NCBI GenBank assembly: GCA_050246315.1
Contig: JBFWWG010000013.1
Location: forward strand, 40,366-104,365
Direction: 5' to 3'
Source: Nitrospiraceae bacterium
GTDB taxonomy: Bacteria > Nitrospirota > Nitrospiria > Nitrospirales > Nitrospiraceae
Length of the DNA stretch: 64,000 bases
This document shows positions 8,760 through 19,813 of the stretch, in pieces (the first letter of the stretch is position 1; each line of letters begins with the position of its first letter). The position numbers and the translations under genes were made by a program. The notes beneath the pieces were generated by a model. It was not told the DNA's origin and did no database searches. It saw only the letters and a program-made list of their open reading frames with translations.

Positions 8760-11663
8760 GTGGACGTGGCACCGTCAAAATTTCCTCTCTCCACCTATCG
8801 CGTGCAGTTCAATACCGCGTTTTCCTTCGTCGATGCGACGGCGCTCATCCCCTATTGGCATGCGTTGGGCATCACGGACTGCTACGCGTCGCCCTACTTC
8901 AAGGCGGTGCCCGGCAGTCCGCACGGGTATGATGTCATCGATCCGACCGTCTTGAATCCCGAAGTCGGGACCCCCGAGGAGTACCAGACGTTCGTCACCA
9001 CCCTCCAGGCCTCCGGCATGGGACAGCTCCTCGACGTCGTGCCCAACCACATGGGGATCGGGCGGATGGTGAACGCGTGGTGGGCCGATGTCCTGGAGAA
9101 CGGACCTAGCTCCCCCTATTCCATCTTTTTCGACATCGACTGGGATCCCGTGAAACGGGAGTTGCACGACAAGGTATTGCTCCCGATCTTGGGGGATCTC
9201 TACGGGCATGTCCTCGAGAATCAGGAGATCACGCTCGAGTACGACGAAGGTGCGTTCTTCGTGCGCTACTACGATCACCGGTTGCCGCTGTCGCCGCGGT
9301 CCGGCGCCAAGGTGTTGGCCCACCGGCTTGATCGGCTCATCCAGTGCGTGGGGCGGGGGCATGCTCCGATCGAGGAACTGCAGAGCATCATCACGGGACT
9401 GGGACACCTTCCGCCTCGTCACGAGCGTGATCCCGGTACGGTGGAGGTGCGGTACCGAGAGAAGGCGATCCTGAGGAAGCGGCTGGCGGCGGCGGTTCAC
9501 GACAGCGCCGTCGTCGGTGCGTTCATCAAGGACAATGTGGCGCTGTTCAACGGAACGAAGGGCGATCCCCGGAGCTTTGATCTGCTCGACGACCTCCTCA
9601 ACGACCAAGTTTACCGGCTGGCCTATTGGCGCGCGGCGTCGGAGGAGATCAACTATCGGCGGTTTTTCGACGTGAACGAGTTGGCGGCCATCCGTGTCGA
9701 GGATCCGGCGGTGTTCCAGGAGGCCCACCGGCTGGTGTTCCGATTGCTCAAAGAGGGGGCGGTCACCGGCCTGCGGATCGATCACGTCGATGGCCTCTAC
9801 AGTCCGAGCGAGTATCTGACGCAGTTGCAGGCCTGGGCTCGGCGAGAAATGGCGCCTGACGAGGACCAGGAACGACCGCTGTATCTGATCGTGGAAAAGA
9901 TTCTCGGCAAGGAGGAGCCGCTGCCCGAGACCTGGCCGGTGTATGGCACCACCGGATACGATTTCATGAACATGGTGAACGGGCTGTTTGTGGATCAGTC
10001 GAGCGAACGGCGATTCACGGAGATCTACGCCCGCTTCATCCACAAACGTCTCGTCTATCAGGATGTCGTTTACGAATCGAAGAAGCTGATCATGCAGGCG
10101 GCGATGTCGAGCGAGCTCAACGTGCTGGGCCACTACCTCAATCGTCTGTCGGAACGGGACCGGCGGTCCCGCGACTTCACCTTGAACAGCTTGACGCATG
10201 CGATCCGGGAGATCGTCGCCTGCTTTCCCGTGTACCGCACCTATGTGACGGCGGGGGCCAGCGGTCTGTTGGACCGTGACCGATCGTTCATCCGCCTGGC
10301 CGTGGCGAGGGCGAAGCGGCGCAACCCGGCGCTGAGCGGCCTGGTCTTTGATTTTGTCAGAGACTTGCTGCTGAAGCAGCGGGATGCTCGCACCGAAGAG
10401 GATGAACAGCTTCAGCAGCAGTTCATGATGAAGTTTCAGCAAATCACCAGTCCCGTGACGGCGAAAGGCGTCGAGGATACGGCTTTTTACATCTACAACC
10501 GATTGGTATCCCTGAACGAGGTCGGCGGCGATCCCGAGCAATTCGGCCTGTCCGTGGAGGTGTTTCATCGGGCCATGCAGGAGCGGCAGGCCCGCTGGCC
10601 ATTGGCGCTCTCGGCTACCTCGACGCACGATACCAAGCGGAGTGAGGATGTGCGGGCTCGCATCAACGTGCTGTCCGAGTTGCCGCAAGAATGGCGGACG
10701 CACATTCTGCATTGGGCGAAACTGAATCGACGATTCAAGACCGAGGTGGATGGAGAGGAAGCGCCCGATCGGAACGAGGAATACTTGCTGTATCAAACCT
10801 TGATCGGCGCCTGGCCCTTCGAAGACCTGGACGCCATGGCGTTCCGTGCGTTCCAGGCGCGCGTGCAGCAGTATCTTGCCAAGGCGCTCAAGGAAGCCAA
10901 GGTCCACACCAGTTGGGTAAATCCGAATCCGGCTCACGAGGAGGCGGTCGCGAACTTCATCGACCGGATTTTGGATCGCTCGAAGGCCAACCCATTTCTC
11001 CAGGATTTTCTCCCGTTCCAACGGCGGATCGCCGGCTATGGCATCTGGAACGCCCTGGCCCAATTGGTGCTGAAGGTCACAGCTCCCGGCGTGCCGGACT
11101 TTTACCAAGGGACCGAACTCTGGAATTTCAGTCTCGTCGATCCCGACAATCGCCGGCCGGTGGATTTCGCGGTGCGCCGGCGTGTGCTCGAGGACATCCG
11201 GCAAGCCTGTGCTGCGTCGCCGGAACGCGCGGCGCTGGTGCGGCACCTGATCGAACATCGAACGGATGGGAGGCTGAAGCTGTATGTACTGGTCTCGTTG
11301 CTGACCTATCGACGCTCACGGCCGGAGTTGTTCTCCAACGGGACGTATGTGCCGCTGGACATCCTCGGGGAGCGAACGGATCAGGGCTGTGCGTTTGCGC
11401 GGCTCGAACAGGATCAGGCCGTCGTAGTCGCGGTGCCTCGATTGGTGACCCGGCTGTGCGCCGATGCCAACCGACCTCCGATCGGACCGGAGTTCTGGGG
11501 CGAGTCCTGGATCACGGTGCCTTCCTGGAGCGCCAGAACGCACTATCGCAATCTGCTGACGGGCGAACAGCTTACCCCCTCCTTGCTGGAAGGTCGGCAT
11601 GTCCTCCCTCTCGGCGAAATCTTTCGGGAGTTGCCGGTGGCGGTACTCGAGAGGCTGACATGA
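8760..11663 (+). CDS. treY: Malto-oligosyltrehalose synthase
   Basis: STYRVQF, HGYDV, DVVPNHMG, INYRRFFDVNEL, LRIDHVDGL, TSTHDTKRSED, LVDPDNRRPVD. Confidence 0.96.
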   Translation: MDVAPSKFPLSTYRVQFNTAFSFVDATALIPYWHALGITDCYASPYFKAVPGSPHGYDVIDPTVLNPEVGTPEEYQTFVTTLQASGMGQLLDVVPNHMGIGRMVNAWWADVLENGPSSPYSIFFDIDWDPVKRELHDKVLLPILGDLYGHVLENQEITLEYDEGAFFVRYYDHRLPLSPRSGAKVLAHRLDRLIQCVGRGHAPIEELQSIITGLGHLPPRHERDPGTVEVRYREKAILRKRLAAAVHDSAVVGAFIKDNVALFNGTKGDPRSFDLLDDLLNDQVYRLAYWRAASEEINYRRFFDVNELAAIRVEDPAVFQEAHRLVFRLLKEGAVTGLRIDHVDGLYSPSEYLTQLQAWARREMAPDEDQERPLYLIVEKILGKEEPLPETWPVYGTTGYDFMNMVNGLFVDQSSERRFTEIYARFIHKRLVYQDVVYESKKLIMQAAMSSELNVLGHYLNRLSERDRRSRDFTLNSLTHAIREIVACFPVYRTYVTAGASGLLDRDRSFIRLAVARAKRRNPALSGLVFDFVRDLLLKQRDARTEEDEQLQQQFMMKFQQITSPVTAKGVEDTAFYIYNRLVSLNEVGGDPEQFGLSVEVFHRAMQERQARWPLALSATSTHDTKRSEDVRARINVLSELPQEWRTHILHWAKLNRRFKTEVDGEEAPDRNEEYLLYQTLIGAWPFEDLDAMAFRAFQARVQQYLAKALKEAKVHTSWVNPNPAHEEAVANFIDRILDRSKANPFLQDFLPFQRRIAGYGIWNALAQLVLKVTAPGVPDFYQGTELWNFSLVDPDNRRPVDFAVRRRVLEDIRQACAASPERAALVRHLIEHRTDGRLKLYVLVSLLTYRRSRPELFSNGTYVPLDILGERTDQGCAFARLEQDQAVVVAVPRLVTRLCADANRPPIGPEFWGESWITVPSWSARTHYRNLLTGEQLTPSLLEGRHVLPLGEIFRELPVAVLERLT

Positions 11664-11944
11664 TCCCGCGACCGTCGATCTTTCAGGATGGTGTCGGGGT
11701 GCGTTCCGAGGCGCCGCTGCCGGAACCGAGCGACCGGTGGTGGGGGGCGGAGGCGGGCGTGCGCTCGCAGCCGGGGTGGTCCCCGAAGACGGAACCCCGA
11801 CGGATCAGTCGATTCAGGTGGAAGATCGCGCTCAGTGGAATGTTCGCTGCGGGCCTGGCCATCGGCTGTCTCGTGGGCCTGGCGATCGGGTGGGAGCGTC
11901 GTCCCCATGAATCGGGCCCACGCGATCAGGACAGGGGATCATGA
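11660..11944 (+). CDS. Small hypothetical membrane protein
   Basis: ATGA overlaps with both neighbours; one Gly-rich TM helix (IALSGMFAAGLAIGCLVGLAIG). Confidence 0.55.
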   Translation: MIPRPSIFQDGVGVRSEAPLPEPSDRWWGAEAGVRSQPGWSPKTEPRRISRFRWKIALSGMFAAGLAIGCLVGLAIGWERRPHESGPRDQDRGS

Positions 11945-12606
11945 TGGAACCGACAGCCCTCACCCCGTTCACCTTTATCGGCTGCAGCGAGCTCGAGGAA
12001 AGCCTCGGGCAGCAGGCGGATGATGAAAAAGAACTGGCTGAGATGCTCGAAGATGTCCCGCTGGATTCCGTGCACTTCCACACGCACAGCTATTTTCTCC
12101 GGCATCGATTCATTGAACGGGTCTATCCGAACGATTTCGCCCAATGGGTGGTGACGCAGGTGGGCGATCATGTCCTGGCGGAAAAACTGGCGGTGGTCGA
12201 TCCGTTCGACTATCCCAATTTGGAGGACCTCCGCGAAGAGATCATCTCGATCATCGACCACCATCTGTCCCGGATGCCGATCGTTCCTCGCGTGATCTTC
12301 GGAAGGCCCTTCTATTTCCACCGCTCGCGCATCCTGGAAGTGCCGATGGGAGTGGAGGCCCGCACGTTGAGTGAATTTCGGCGGGCCGTGTCGGAGATCG
12401 ATGTGAGCGCGATCTACTTTCATATGTTCGAGGCGCATTTTCGCCTCCACCGCGAAGAGAGCGATTTTTCCGCGTGGATTCGCACTGGGCTGGGGCTGCC
12501 GGACCTGGCGGATCGGATTCGCGCCATCAATCCGTACCTCGGCAGCCTGGAGCGGCTGCGTTCCAGCTTGCTGACGGCCTGCGACGGATACGCGATGAGC
12601 GGGTGA
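11941..12606 (+). CDS. DUF5752-family protein
   Basis: Two internal repeats (S..FH...NDFAQWV...LAEKL..DPF / AIYFH...SDFSAWI...LADRI..NPY); context next to a TreT-like gene. Confidence 0.75.
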   Translation: MMEPTALTPFTFIGCSELEESLGQQADDEKELAEMLEDVPLDSVHFHTHSYFLRHRFIERVYPNDFAQWVVTQVGDHVLAEKLAVVDPFDYPNLEDLREEIISIIDHHLSRMPIVPRVIFGRPFYFHRSRILEVPMGVEARTLSEFRRAVSEIDVSAIYFHMFEAHFRLHREESDFSAWIRTGLGLPDLADRIRAINPYLGSLERLRSSLLTACDGYAMSG

Positions 12607-12632
12607 GGGCGACGGAGGAAGGGAGGGGGCCG

Positions 12633-14312
12633 GTGCCGAGACAGGATTCGCGATGGTACCAAGACGCCGTGTTCTATGAGCTGCACGTCCGGGCGTTTTA
12701 CGACGACAACGGCGACGGCATCGGCGATTTTGCGGGACTCACCCAGAAGCTTGACTATCTGGAGTGGCTCGGGGTCGATTGTCTCTGGTTGTTGCCGTTT
12801 TATCCTTCCCCCCTGCGCGACGACGGGTACGATGTGTCCGACTTCCTCAGCATCGCCCCGTCCTACGGCTCGACCGAGGATTTTCGCCGTCTCCTGGATG
12901 AAGCCCACCGGCGCGGCATGCGCGTGATCGCCGATCTGGTGCTCAACCACACCTCCGATCAACACGCCTGGTTCCAAGCCGCCCGGCGGTCTCCTCAAGC
13001 CCCGACGCGGCACTACTATGTCTGGAGCGATACCGATCAGAAATATGCCAAGGCAAGGATCATCTTCATCGACACGGAAAAGTCCAACTGGACATGGGAT
13101 CCCGAGGCGCAGGCCTACTATTGGCACCGGTTCTTCAGCCACCAACCGGATCTCAACTATGAGAATCCCGCCGTCAGGCAGGCGATGTTGGAGGTGATGT
13201 CGTTCTGGCTCGATCACGGCCTCGACGGGTTCCGATGCGACGCCGTTCCCTATCTCTTCGAACGCGAAGGCACACTGTGCGAAAACCTCCCCGAGACCCA
13301 TGTCTATCTCAAGGACATTCGCCGGCAGATCGACGAACGCTATCAGGGCCGCATTCTGTTGGCCGAGGCGAATCAATGGCCGAGCGACGTGCGGCCCTAC
13401 TTCGGGGAGGGCGACGAGTTCCATATGGCATTTCATTTTCCCCTCATGCCCCGACTCTTCATGGGGCTCCGAAGCGAGGACCGCGGGCCGATCATCGACA
13501 TGTTCAAGCACACGCCGCCGATTCCGGACGGGTGCCAGTGGTGCCTGTTTCTGCGCAACCACGATGAGCTGACGTTGGAAATGTGCAGCGGCGAAGAGCG
13601 CGATTACATGTACTATGCCTACGCGCGCGATCCTCAGATGCGGCGCAACATCGGGATCGCACGGCGGCTGGCTCCCCTGTTGGACAACGACCGCCGCAAA
13701 ATCGAACTGCTCAACAGCATCGTCTTCACGTTGCCGGGCAGCCCCATCATCTATTATGGGGATGAGATCGGCATGGGCGACAACATCCATTTGGGGGATC
13801 GGAACGGTGTTCGGACGCCCATGCAGTGGATGCCGGATCGCAACGCCGGGTTCTCCAAAGCGGACTCCAGCCGACTCTTTCTGCCGCTGGTGGCCGATTC
13901 CGTCTATGGCTATCAGTCGATCAATGTGGAGGCGCAGCGGCAGGTCCCGCATTCGCTCCTGCATTGGATGCGGCACATGATCGCCATCCGCAAGCAACAT
14001 CAGGTGTTCGGACGGGGGACGTTGGAGTTTCTGGCCCCGTCGAATGAGAAGATTCTGGCCTACGTGCGAGAATACGAAGGGGATGCCGTCCTGCTCGTGC
14101 ACAATTTGGCAGGGTCTGCGCAACCGGTGGAGCTCGATCTGCGACGGTTCCAGGGCCGGTCTCCGGTGGAACTCTTCGGGGAGTCGCGGTTTCCGCCGAT
14201 CGGGGAGTTGCCGTATCTCTTGAGCCTGGGGCCCTACGGCTCGTACTGGTTCAGTCTTCCGACGGCCCGCTCGTGGGAGCGAGAGTACGGACTCGAATGG
14301 AGCGCGATCTGA
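12633..14312 (+). CDS. treS: Trehalose synthase / maltose alpha-D-glucosyltransferase (not fused to maltokinase)
   Basis: [70 protein letters not shown]; alternative GTG start at 12603. Confidence 0.95.
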   Translation: MPRQDSRWYQDAVFYELHVRAFYDDNGDGIGDFAGLTQKLDYLEWLGVDCLWLLPFYPSPLRDDGYDVSDFLSIAPSYGSTEDFRRLLDEAHRRGMRVIADLVLNHTSDQHAWFQAARRSPQAPTRHYYVWSDTDQKYAKARIIFIDTEKSNWTWDPEAQAYYWHRFFSHQPDLNYENPAVRQAMLEVMSFWLDHGLDGFRCDAVPYLFEREGTLCENLPETHVYLKDIRRQIDERYQGRILLAEANQWPSDVRPYFGEGDEFHMAFHFPLMPRLFMGLRSEDRGPIIDMFKHTPPIPDGCQWCLFLRNHDELTLEMCSGEERDYMYYAYARDPQMRRNIGIARRLAPLLDNDRRKIELLNSIVFTLPGSPIIYYGDEIGMGDNIHLGDRNGVRTPMQWMPDRNAGFSKADSSRLFLPLVADSVYGYQSINVEAQRQVPHSLLHWMRHMIAIRKQHQVFGRGTLEFLAPSNEKILAYVREYEGDAVLLVHNLAGSAQPVELDLRRFQGRSPVELFGESRFPPIGELPYLLSLGPYGSYWFSLPTARSWEREYGLEWSAI

Positions 14313-14353
14313 ATGCGGCTAGCAAGGGGACCGAAGTGGGGCCGTTCGCACCA

Positions 14354-15553
14354 ATGAATCCCATCCTGGACGACTATCGAGAGGTGGCTCCGAAGGGGAC
14401 GGTCGAATTCCTGTATCGGCTGAGCGACCTGGTGAAGAGCCGGAGCTTTCTCCACGTGACCTCGGTGAGGTACGGCGGCGGAATGGCCGAGGTGCTGCGG
14501 CGGCTCGTTCCGATGATGAACGCCCTCGGCGTGGAGGCGCGGTGGGAAGTCATCGCCGGCACGCAGGAGTTTGCCGCGGTGGCCAAGCGCTTGACCAACG
14601 CGCTTCAGGGACGGGACGAACCGATCACTCAAGACATGTATCAGACCTACATGGAGATCAACGATCGCAACGCGAAGGCGCTCAAGTTGGACGCGGATAT
14701 GGTGATGATCCACGACTCCCAGCCGGCTGGGATCGTGGATCATCGAGCGGGCGGCTGCTGGCTCTGGCGCTGCCATTTGGATCTGGCCCAACCGCAGCGG
14801 CGGGCATGGACCTTCCTCCGGCGGTATGTTCTGAAATATGACGCGGCGATTTTCTCGCTGTCCGGATTCGCGCAACGGCTGCCCATCCCGAAGTTTCTGA
14901 TTCATCCGTCGATCGATCCGCTGAGTCCCAAGAACCGGGATATGACCCGGGGCGAAATCGCCCCGATCGTGGATCGGTTGGGTATCCCGAGAACCAAGCC
15001 GATCCTCCTCCAGGTGGCGCGATTCGACCGCTTCATGGACCCCCTCGGAGTGCTGCAGGCCTATCGTATGGTGAAGAAGCACCACGATTGCCAACTGGTC
15101 CTGGCGGGGGCCGGTGTGATGCACGATCCGGAGGGCGAGACCGTCCTGGGGGAACTCAGGGAGGCGGCGGAAGGTGATCCGGACGTGCACCTCATCCCGC
15201 TTCCCCCGGAGGCCGATCTGGAGATCAACGCCCTGCAGCGGGTCGCGACGGTGATCATCCAGAAGCCGATCAAGGAGGGGTTCGGCGTAGGGGTGTCGGA
15301 GGCGATGTGGAAGGGAAAGCCGGTGATCGGCAGTGCGGCCGGAGGGATCGCCGTCCAGATCATGGATGAGGTGACCGGCTATGTCGTGCGATCCGCCGAG
15401 GGCGCGGCCTTCCGGATTCGATACCTGCTGAACAATCCGGGATTGATCCATCGGATGGGGGCGGCGGCGCGGGAGCATGTCCGCCGCAATTTTCTGATCA
15501 CGCGGCACTTGAGCGACTACCTCACGCTGCTGAACGTTCTGGTGCGGCGCTGA
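14354..15553 (+). CDS. treT: TreT-like GT4 glycosyltransferase (trehalose glycosyltransferring synthase family)
   Basis: GGGMAEVL, IHDSQP, WRCHLD, PSIDPLSPKN, EGFGVGVSEAMWKGKPVIG; alternative start 14297. Confidence 0.8.
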   Translation: MNPILDDYREVAPKGTVEFLYRLSDLVKSRSFLHVTSVRYGGGMAEVLRRLVPMMNALGVEARWEVIAGTQEFAAVAKRLTNALQGRDEPITQDMYQTYMEINDRNAKALKLDADMVMIHDSQPAGIVDHRAGGCWLWRCHLDLAQPQRRAWTFLRRYVLKYDAAIFSLSGFAQRLPIPKFLIHPSIDPLSPKNRDMTRGEIAPIVDRLGIPRTKPILLQVARFDRFMDPLGVLQAYRMVKKHHDCQLVLAGAGVMHDPEGETVLGELREAAEGDPDVHLIPLPPEADLEINALQRVATVIIQKPIKEGFGVGVSEAMWKGKPVIGSAAGGIAVQIMDEVTGYVVRSAEGAAFRIRYLLNNPGLIHRMGAAAREHVRRNFLITRHLSDYLTLLNVLVRR

Positions 15554-15643
15554 AGCGAGCGGAGAGGGAACCGATCCTGCTCGCGGAGGGCCGACCGGCG
15601 GCGGGTCGTGCCTGGGAGCCGGACATGAGACTGGAGAGACGGG

Positions 15644-16912
15644 ATGAGCGAGGAGGCGGCACTGCACAAGCCGCTGGATGAACGGGTCCGGCCGAGCCGG
15701 ACGGCGGATGTCATTGTTGTCGTGCTGACCCTCAACAATGCCCGCACGATCGAGCCACTGATGAAGGGGATCGTCGCCGGACTTCGGCAGTATTTTCCCG
15801 GGTCGCCGGGGCTCCTCATCAACTGCGACGGCGGGTCGCAGGACGGGACGCCGTCGATGATCGAGGGACTGGCCAGCGGGTATCCCGTCCATCGCTTGGA
15901 GGGGACGACGCTCGGTGCGTACCCGACCCTCCCAACCGAGGCCGGGACCTCCGGACGCGAGCGGATTCTGCGGGAGCTGGGCGCGATCTCGGAGCAGGCG
16001 CAGGCGAGCGCCTGTCTGATCCTGGACGGGAACCTCCGGTCGCTCACGCCCGAGTGGATGGAGTTGCTGGGGCGGCCGGTGCGCGAGGGCAGCGCCGACC
16101 TCGTCATCCCGCTGTATCAGCGGCATCGATACGATGGGACGCTGGCGCATAATTTACTCTCTCCCTTGTTGCGGGCGTTGTATGGAAAGCGGATCCGTTA
16201 TCCGAGCGGAGGAGCCCGTGCCTTGTCGGGCCGGTTTGTTCACGACGTTCTGGCACGAATGACACTCGAGCGGGCTGCGCAAGGCTGCGGGTTGGACGGC
16301 GCGCTGACCACGCTGGCGCTCGCCGGCGACCGACAGATCTGCCATGCCTATTTGGGCACCAAGGTGCAGGATGGGCTGTTCGGCGCCGCCGACTTGGCGA
16401 CGGTCATCTCCCAGTCGGTGGGGTGCATCTTCCATTCCATGGAGACATACGAATTGCGGTGGGAAGGGATCAGGGCTTCCACGGAGGTTCCCTTGTATGG
16501 CAAGGTTGACCATGCCTCCGCGAGCGAGCCGGTTCAGGTCGCCCGCATGGTGGGAGGGTTCAAACAGGGGCTGCGGGATCTGCTCCCTCTCTGGGAGTTG
16601 ATTCTTCCTCCCGAGACCTTGGATCAGATTCTGCCGCTTGGCATGCTCGATCCCGACGAATTCCGATTCCCGGTCGAGCTATGGGTCCAGGTGGTCTATG
16701 ACTTTGCGCTGGCCTATCACGACCAGGTGTTGCACCGAGATCACCTGCTGAAGTCGTTGACGCCCTTGTATCTCGGACGCACGGCTTCCTTCGTCCTGGA
16801 GACCAAAGACGGCGCCTCACCGGACGTGGAGACGGCGGTGGAATCGATCGGCGAGGTATTTGAACGGATGAAACCGTACCTGCTCGAACGATGGAGGTGG
16901 CGAGATGAGTGA
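15644..16912 (+). CDS. GT2-family protein resembling glucosylglycerate/mannosylglycerate synthases; active-site motifs look degenerate
   Basis: NNARTI, DGGSQDGT, LRSLTPEW, PLYQRHRYDGT, PLLRALYGKRIR, PLYLGRTASF. Confidence 0.75.
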   Translation: MSEEAALHKPLDERVRPSRTADVIVVVLTLNNARTIEPLMKGIVAGLRQYFPGSPGLLINCDGGSQDGTPSMIEGLASGYPVHRLEGTTLGAYPTLPTEAGTSGRERILRELGAISEQAQASACLILDGNLRSLTPEWMELLGRPVREGSADLVIPLYQRHRYDGTLAHNLLSPLLRALYGKRIRYPSGGARALSGRFVHDVLARMTLERAAQGCGLDGALTTLALAGDRQICHAYLGTKVQDGLFGAADLATVISQSVGCIFHSMETYELRWEGIRASTEVPLYGKVDHASASEPVQVARMVGGFKQGLRDLLPLWELILPPETLDQILPLGMLDPDEFRFPVELWVQVVYDFALAYHDQVLHRDHLLKSLTPLYLGRTASFVLETKDGASPDVETAVESIGEVFERMKPYLLERWRWRDE

Positions 16913-17612
16913 CATCTGGCGCGATACGATGGTCGCCGCCTTTCGTGACACGATGGTTCAGATCATGCTGGTGCTCCCGAAGTTGTTGGCCCTGCTCACC
17001 TTCATCCTGCTGGGCCTCCTGGCCGCCTGGCTGGTGAAGGTGTTGACGGTACGGGTGCTCGCCGCATTCCGTTTCGATGCGTTGTGCGAGCGCTTCGGCC
17101 TGAGCACGGCCTTGCTGAAGGCCGGCGTGAGACGCTCCGTGTCCCAGGTGGTCGGCCGTCTGCTGTTTTGGACGATGTTTTTGTTGTTCATCTTTATGGG
17201 GGTTGACGCGGTGGATTTGCCGGCGACGGCCACGCTGATCAGCCAGATGATGAGTTTTCTACCGCGGGCCCTGGCGGCGGCGCTGCTGCTGTTGGTCGGG
17301 GTTTTGGCCTCGAATTTCTTTTCCGAAGCGGTGCTGATCGCCGCGGTCAATGCGCACATTCATGAAGCTCGGCTTGCGGCTGCGTTGGTGCGCTGGGGGA
17401 TTCTGTTATTTACGTTCGCGATGGTGTTGACGCAACTGGGGATTGCCAACGAGATCGTGGTGGCGGCCTTCTCCATTACGTTCGGCGGCGTCGTGTTGGC
17501 CTTAGCCATTGCCGTCGGATTGGGTTCAAGAAATGTGGCGCGCCGGGCGATCGAGCGTCGCTGGGGTTCCAAGCCGGAACACGAGGACGTGGACGAATTG
17601 TCGCACATCTGA
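16905..17612 (+). CDS. Membrane protein, TM_helix/CmpX-like (MscS-related, no cytoplasmic cage)
   Basis: About 5 TM helices; LPRALAAALLLLVG and ALAIAVGLGSRNVA motifs. Confidence 0.75.
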   Translation: MSDIWRDTMVAAFRDTMVQIMLVLPKLLALLTFILLGLLAAWLVKVLTVRVLAAFRFDALCERFGLSTALLKAGVRRSVSQVVGRLLFWTMFLLFIFMGVDAVDLPATATLISQMMSFLPRALAAALLLLVGVLASNFFSEAVLIAAVNAHIHEARLAAALVRWGILLFTFAMVLTQLGIANEIVVAAFSITFGGVVLALAIAVGLGSRNVARRAIERRWGSKPEHEDVDELSHI

Positions 17613-17691
17613 TTTTAGGCGATGGACCGCCGGGAGGAACGTGCGAGGTCGATCGGCGAAAGCCTTCATGCGTAAAACAGGAGCGAGTCGG

Positions 17692-19785
17692 ATGTCTCGA
17701 CCGAGCAAGAACGTGAACCAGCCCGCTCTATCGCCCGAAACCGGGCCGGTGGATCGACCGACGGGAATCGGCGTCGGATTTTCTGCGGACCGGCCGGGAC
17801 CGGATGGGCGGCAACGGGTCGTGATCGAGGGGGTGAAGCCGGAAATTGATGGAGGGCGGTTTCCCATCAAGCGGGTGGTGGGCGACACCGTCGTCGTGGA
17901 AGCCGATCTGTTTGCCGATGGGCACGATGTCCTCTCCGGCGTTCTGCGGTATCGGCATGACAGCAGCCGGGAGTGGCAGGAGGCGGAATTTCGCTTCGTG
18001 AGCAACGACCGCTGGCGCGCGTCGTTCTCCGTCCAGGTGATCGGCACGTACCAATATACGATACAAGCGTGGCTCGACCGGTTCGGCTCCTGGCAGCGCG
18101 ACATGAAGAAACGGATGGCGGCTGGTCAGGTCATGTCGATCGATGGGCTTGTTGGCGCGAAACTGCTCGACGAGAGCGCGTCCCGCGCTCCGGGGCCCGA
18201 TGCGGACCGGCTTCGGCGGGTTGCGGAACAGTTGCGGGAAGACCAACAATCTTCGGCGGGAGGGCTTGATGCGGCGTTGAGTGAGGAGATCGGCCGGTTG
18301 ATGACGCGCTATGCCGATCGGAAGTTCGCGACGACCTATGAACGGGAACTGTCGGTGACCGTCGATCGCGAACGGGCGCGGTTCAGCGCCTGGTACGAAC
18401 TGTTTCCCCGTTCCTGTTCGTTGGAACCGAGCCGGCACGGCACATTCAACGATTGCGAAACGCGGCTCCCCTACATCGCCGGTATGGGATTCGATGTCCT
18501 GTACCTGCCGCCCATCCATCCGATCGGACGGACGTTCAGAAAGGGCAAGAACAACGACCCGAACGGCGGGCCGGACGCCGTTGGAAGCCCCTGGGCGATC
18601 GGGTCGCATGAAGGCGGGCACAAGGCCGTTCATCCGGCGCTCGGGACGATCGAGGATTTTCGGCGGCTCGTGCGCAAGGCCGGGGAACACGGCCTGGAAG
18701 TCGCGCTGGACCTGGCATTTCAGTGTTCACCGGATCATCCCTATGTGAAGGACCATCCCGAATGGTTCAAGAAGCGGCCGGACGGGACCATCCAATATGC
18801 CGAGAATCCTCCGAAGAAATACCAGGACATCTATCCGATCGATTTCGAGACCGAGCAATGGCAAGCGCTGTGGGCCGAACTCAAGAGCGTCGTAGTGTAC
18901 TGGGTGGAGCAGGGGGTGCGGATCTTTCGCGTGGATAATCCCCACACGAAGGCCTTCCGGTTCTGGGACTGGTTGCTCGGTGAGGTGAAGCGCGCCCATC
19001 CGGAGGTGGTGTTCTTATCGGAAGCGTTCACGAGGCCGAAGGTGATGTACCGGCTGGCCAAGGCGGGATTCACGCAATCCTATACGTACTTTGCTTGGCG
19101 CACGTCCAAGGTCGAGCTGACGGACTACCTGACCGAACTGACCACGACGGAGGTGCGGGAGTATTTCCGCCCGAGCTTCTGGCCCAACACGCCGGACATC
19201 TTGACGGAACAGCTTCAGTACGGAAGCCAGGCGACCTTCATGTCTCGCCTCGTGCTGGCGGCCACCTTGGGGGCGAGCTACGGTATCTACGGGCCCGCTT
19301 ACGAACTCTCCGAGCATCGTGCGATCAAGCCGGGCAGCGAGGAGTATCTGGATTCCGAAAAATATGAGGTTCGCCACTGGCCGATGGACCGGCCCGACAG
19401 CCTCTGCGAATTCATCGGTCTCGTCAATCAGGCGCGTCGCAGCAACCCCTCGCTGCAGCGGGACGACAGCCTGCATTTCCACCGGGTCGATAACGAGTAC
19501 CTGATTGCGTACAGCAAACATACGGAGGACCGTTCTAATATCGTCCTCGTGGTCGTGAACCTCAGTCCGCACCATGTTCATGCCGGTTGGATCGACCTGG
19601 ATCTGGACGTGCTGGGACTGAAGCCGGATCAGCCGTTTCAGGTCCATGATCTGTTGACGAACGCCTATTACCTCTGGGCTGGGTCAAGAAATTATGTCGT
19701 GATCGATCCGCAATCGGCACCGGCTCAAATCTTTGCGGTGCGGTCCCATCTGCGGACGGAGCGCGACTTCGACTATTTTCTCTGA
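17692..19785 (+). CDS. glgE: Alpha-1,4-glucan:maltose-1-phosphate maltosyltransferase
   Basis: IDGGRFPIKR, WYELFPRS, YLPPIHPIG, QYAENPPKKYQDIYP, FRVDNPHTK, EAFTRP, NTPDIL. Confidence 0.97.
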   Translation: MSRPSKNVNQPALSPETGPVDRPTGIGVGFSADRPGPDGRQRVVIEGVKPEIDGGRFPIKRVVGDTVVVEADLFADGHDVLSGVLRYRHDSSREWQEAEFRFVSNDRWRASFSVQVIGTYQYTIQAWLDRFGSWQRDMKKRMAAGQVMSIDGLVGAKLLDESASRAPGPDADRLRRVAEQLREDQQSSAGGLDAALSEEIGRLMTRYADRKFATTYERELSVTVDRERARFSAWYELFPRSCSLEPSRHGTFNDCETRLPYIAGMGFDVLYLPPIHPIGRTFRKGKNNDPNGGPDAVGSPWAIGSHEGGHKAVHPALGTIEDFRRLVRKAGEHGLEVALDLAFQCSPDHPYVKDHPEWFKKRPDGTIQYAENPPKKYQDIYPIDFETEQWQALWAELKSVVVYWVEQGVRIFRVDNPHTKAFRFWDWLLGEVKRAHPEVVFLSEAFTRPKVMYRLAKAGFTQSYTYFAWRTSKVELTDYLTELTTTEVREYFRPSFWPNTPDILTEQLQYGSQATFMSRLVLAATLGASYGIYGPAYELSEHRAIKPGSEEYLDSEKYEVRHWPMDRPDSLCEFIGLVNQARRSNPSLQRDDSLHFHRVDNEYLIAYSKHTEDRSNIVLVVVNLSPHHVHAGWIDLDLDVLGLKPDQPFQVHDLLTNAYYLWAGSRNYVVIDPQSAPAQIFAVRSHLRTERDFDYFL

Positions 19786-19813
19786 GGGTCGTGCGGGGAG
19801 CGGGAGGCTATCG

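Noticed and set aside
10691..11659. 5' part of the 417-aa ORF overlapping treY
   Set aside because: Out-of-frame overlap; only the part from ATG 11660 looks like a gene.
8775..14123. Long antisense ORFs (827 aa, 567 aa) opposite treY and treS, and similar ones opposite czcA and glgE
   Set aside because: Shadow ORFs expected from high-GC codon bias; no motifs, and fully overlapped by well-supported genes.
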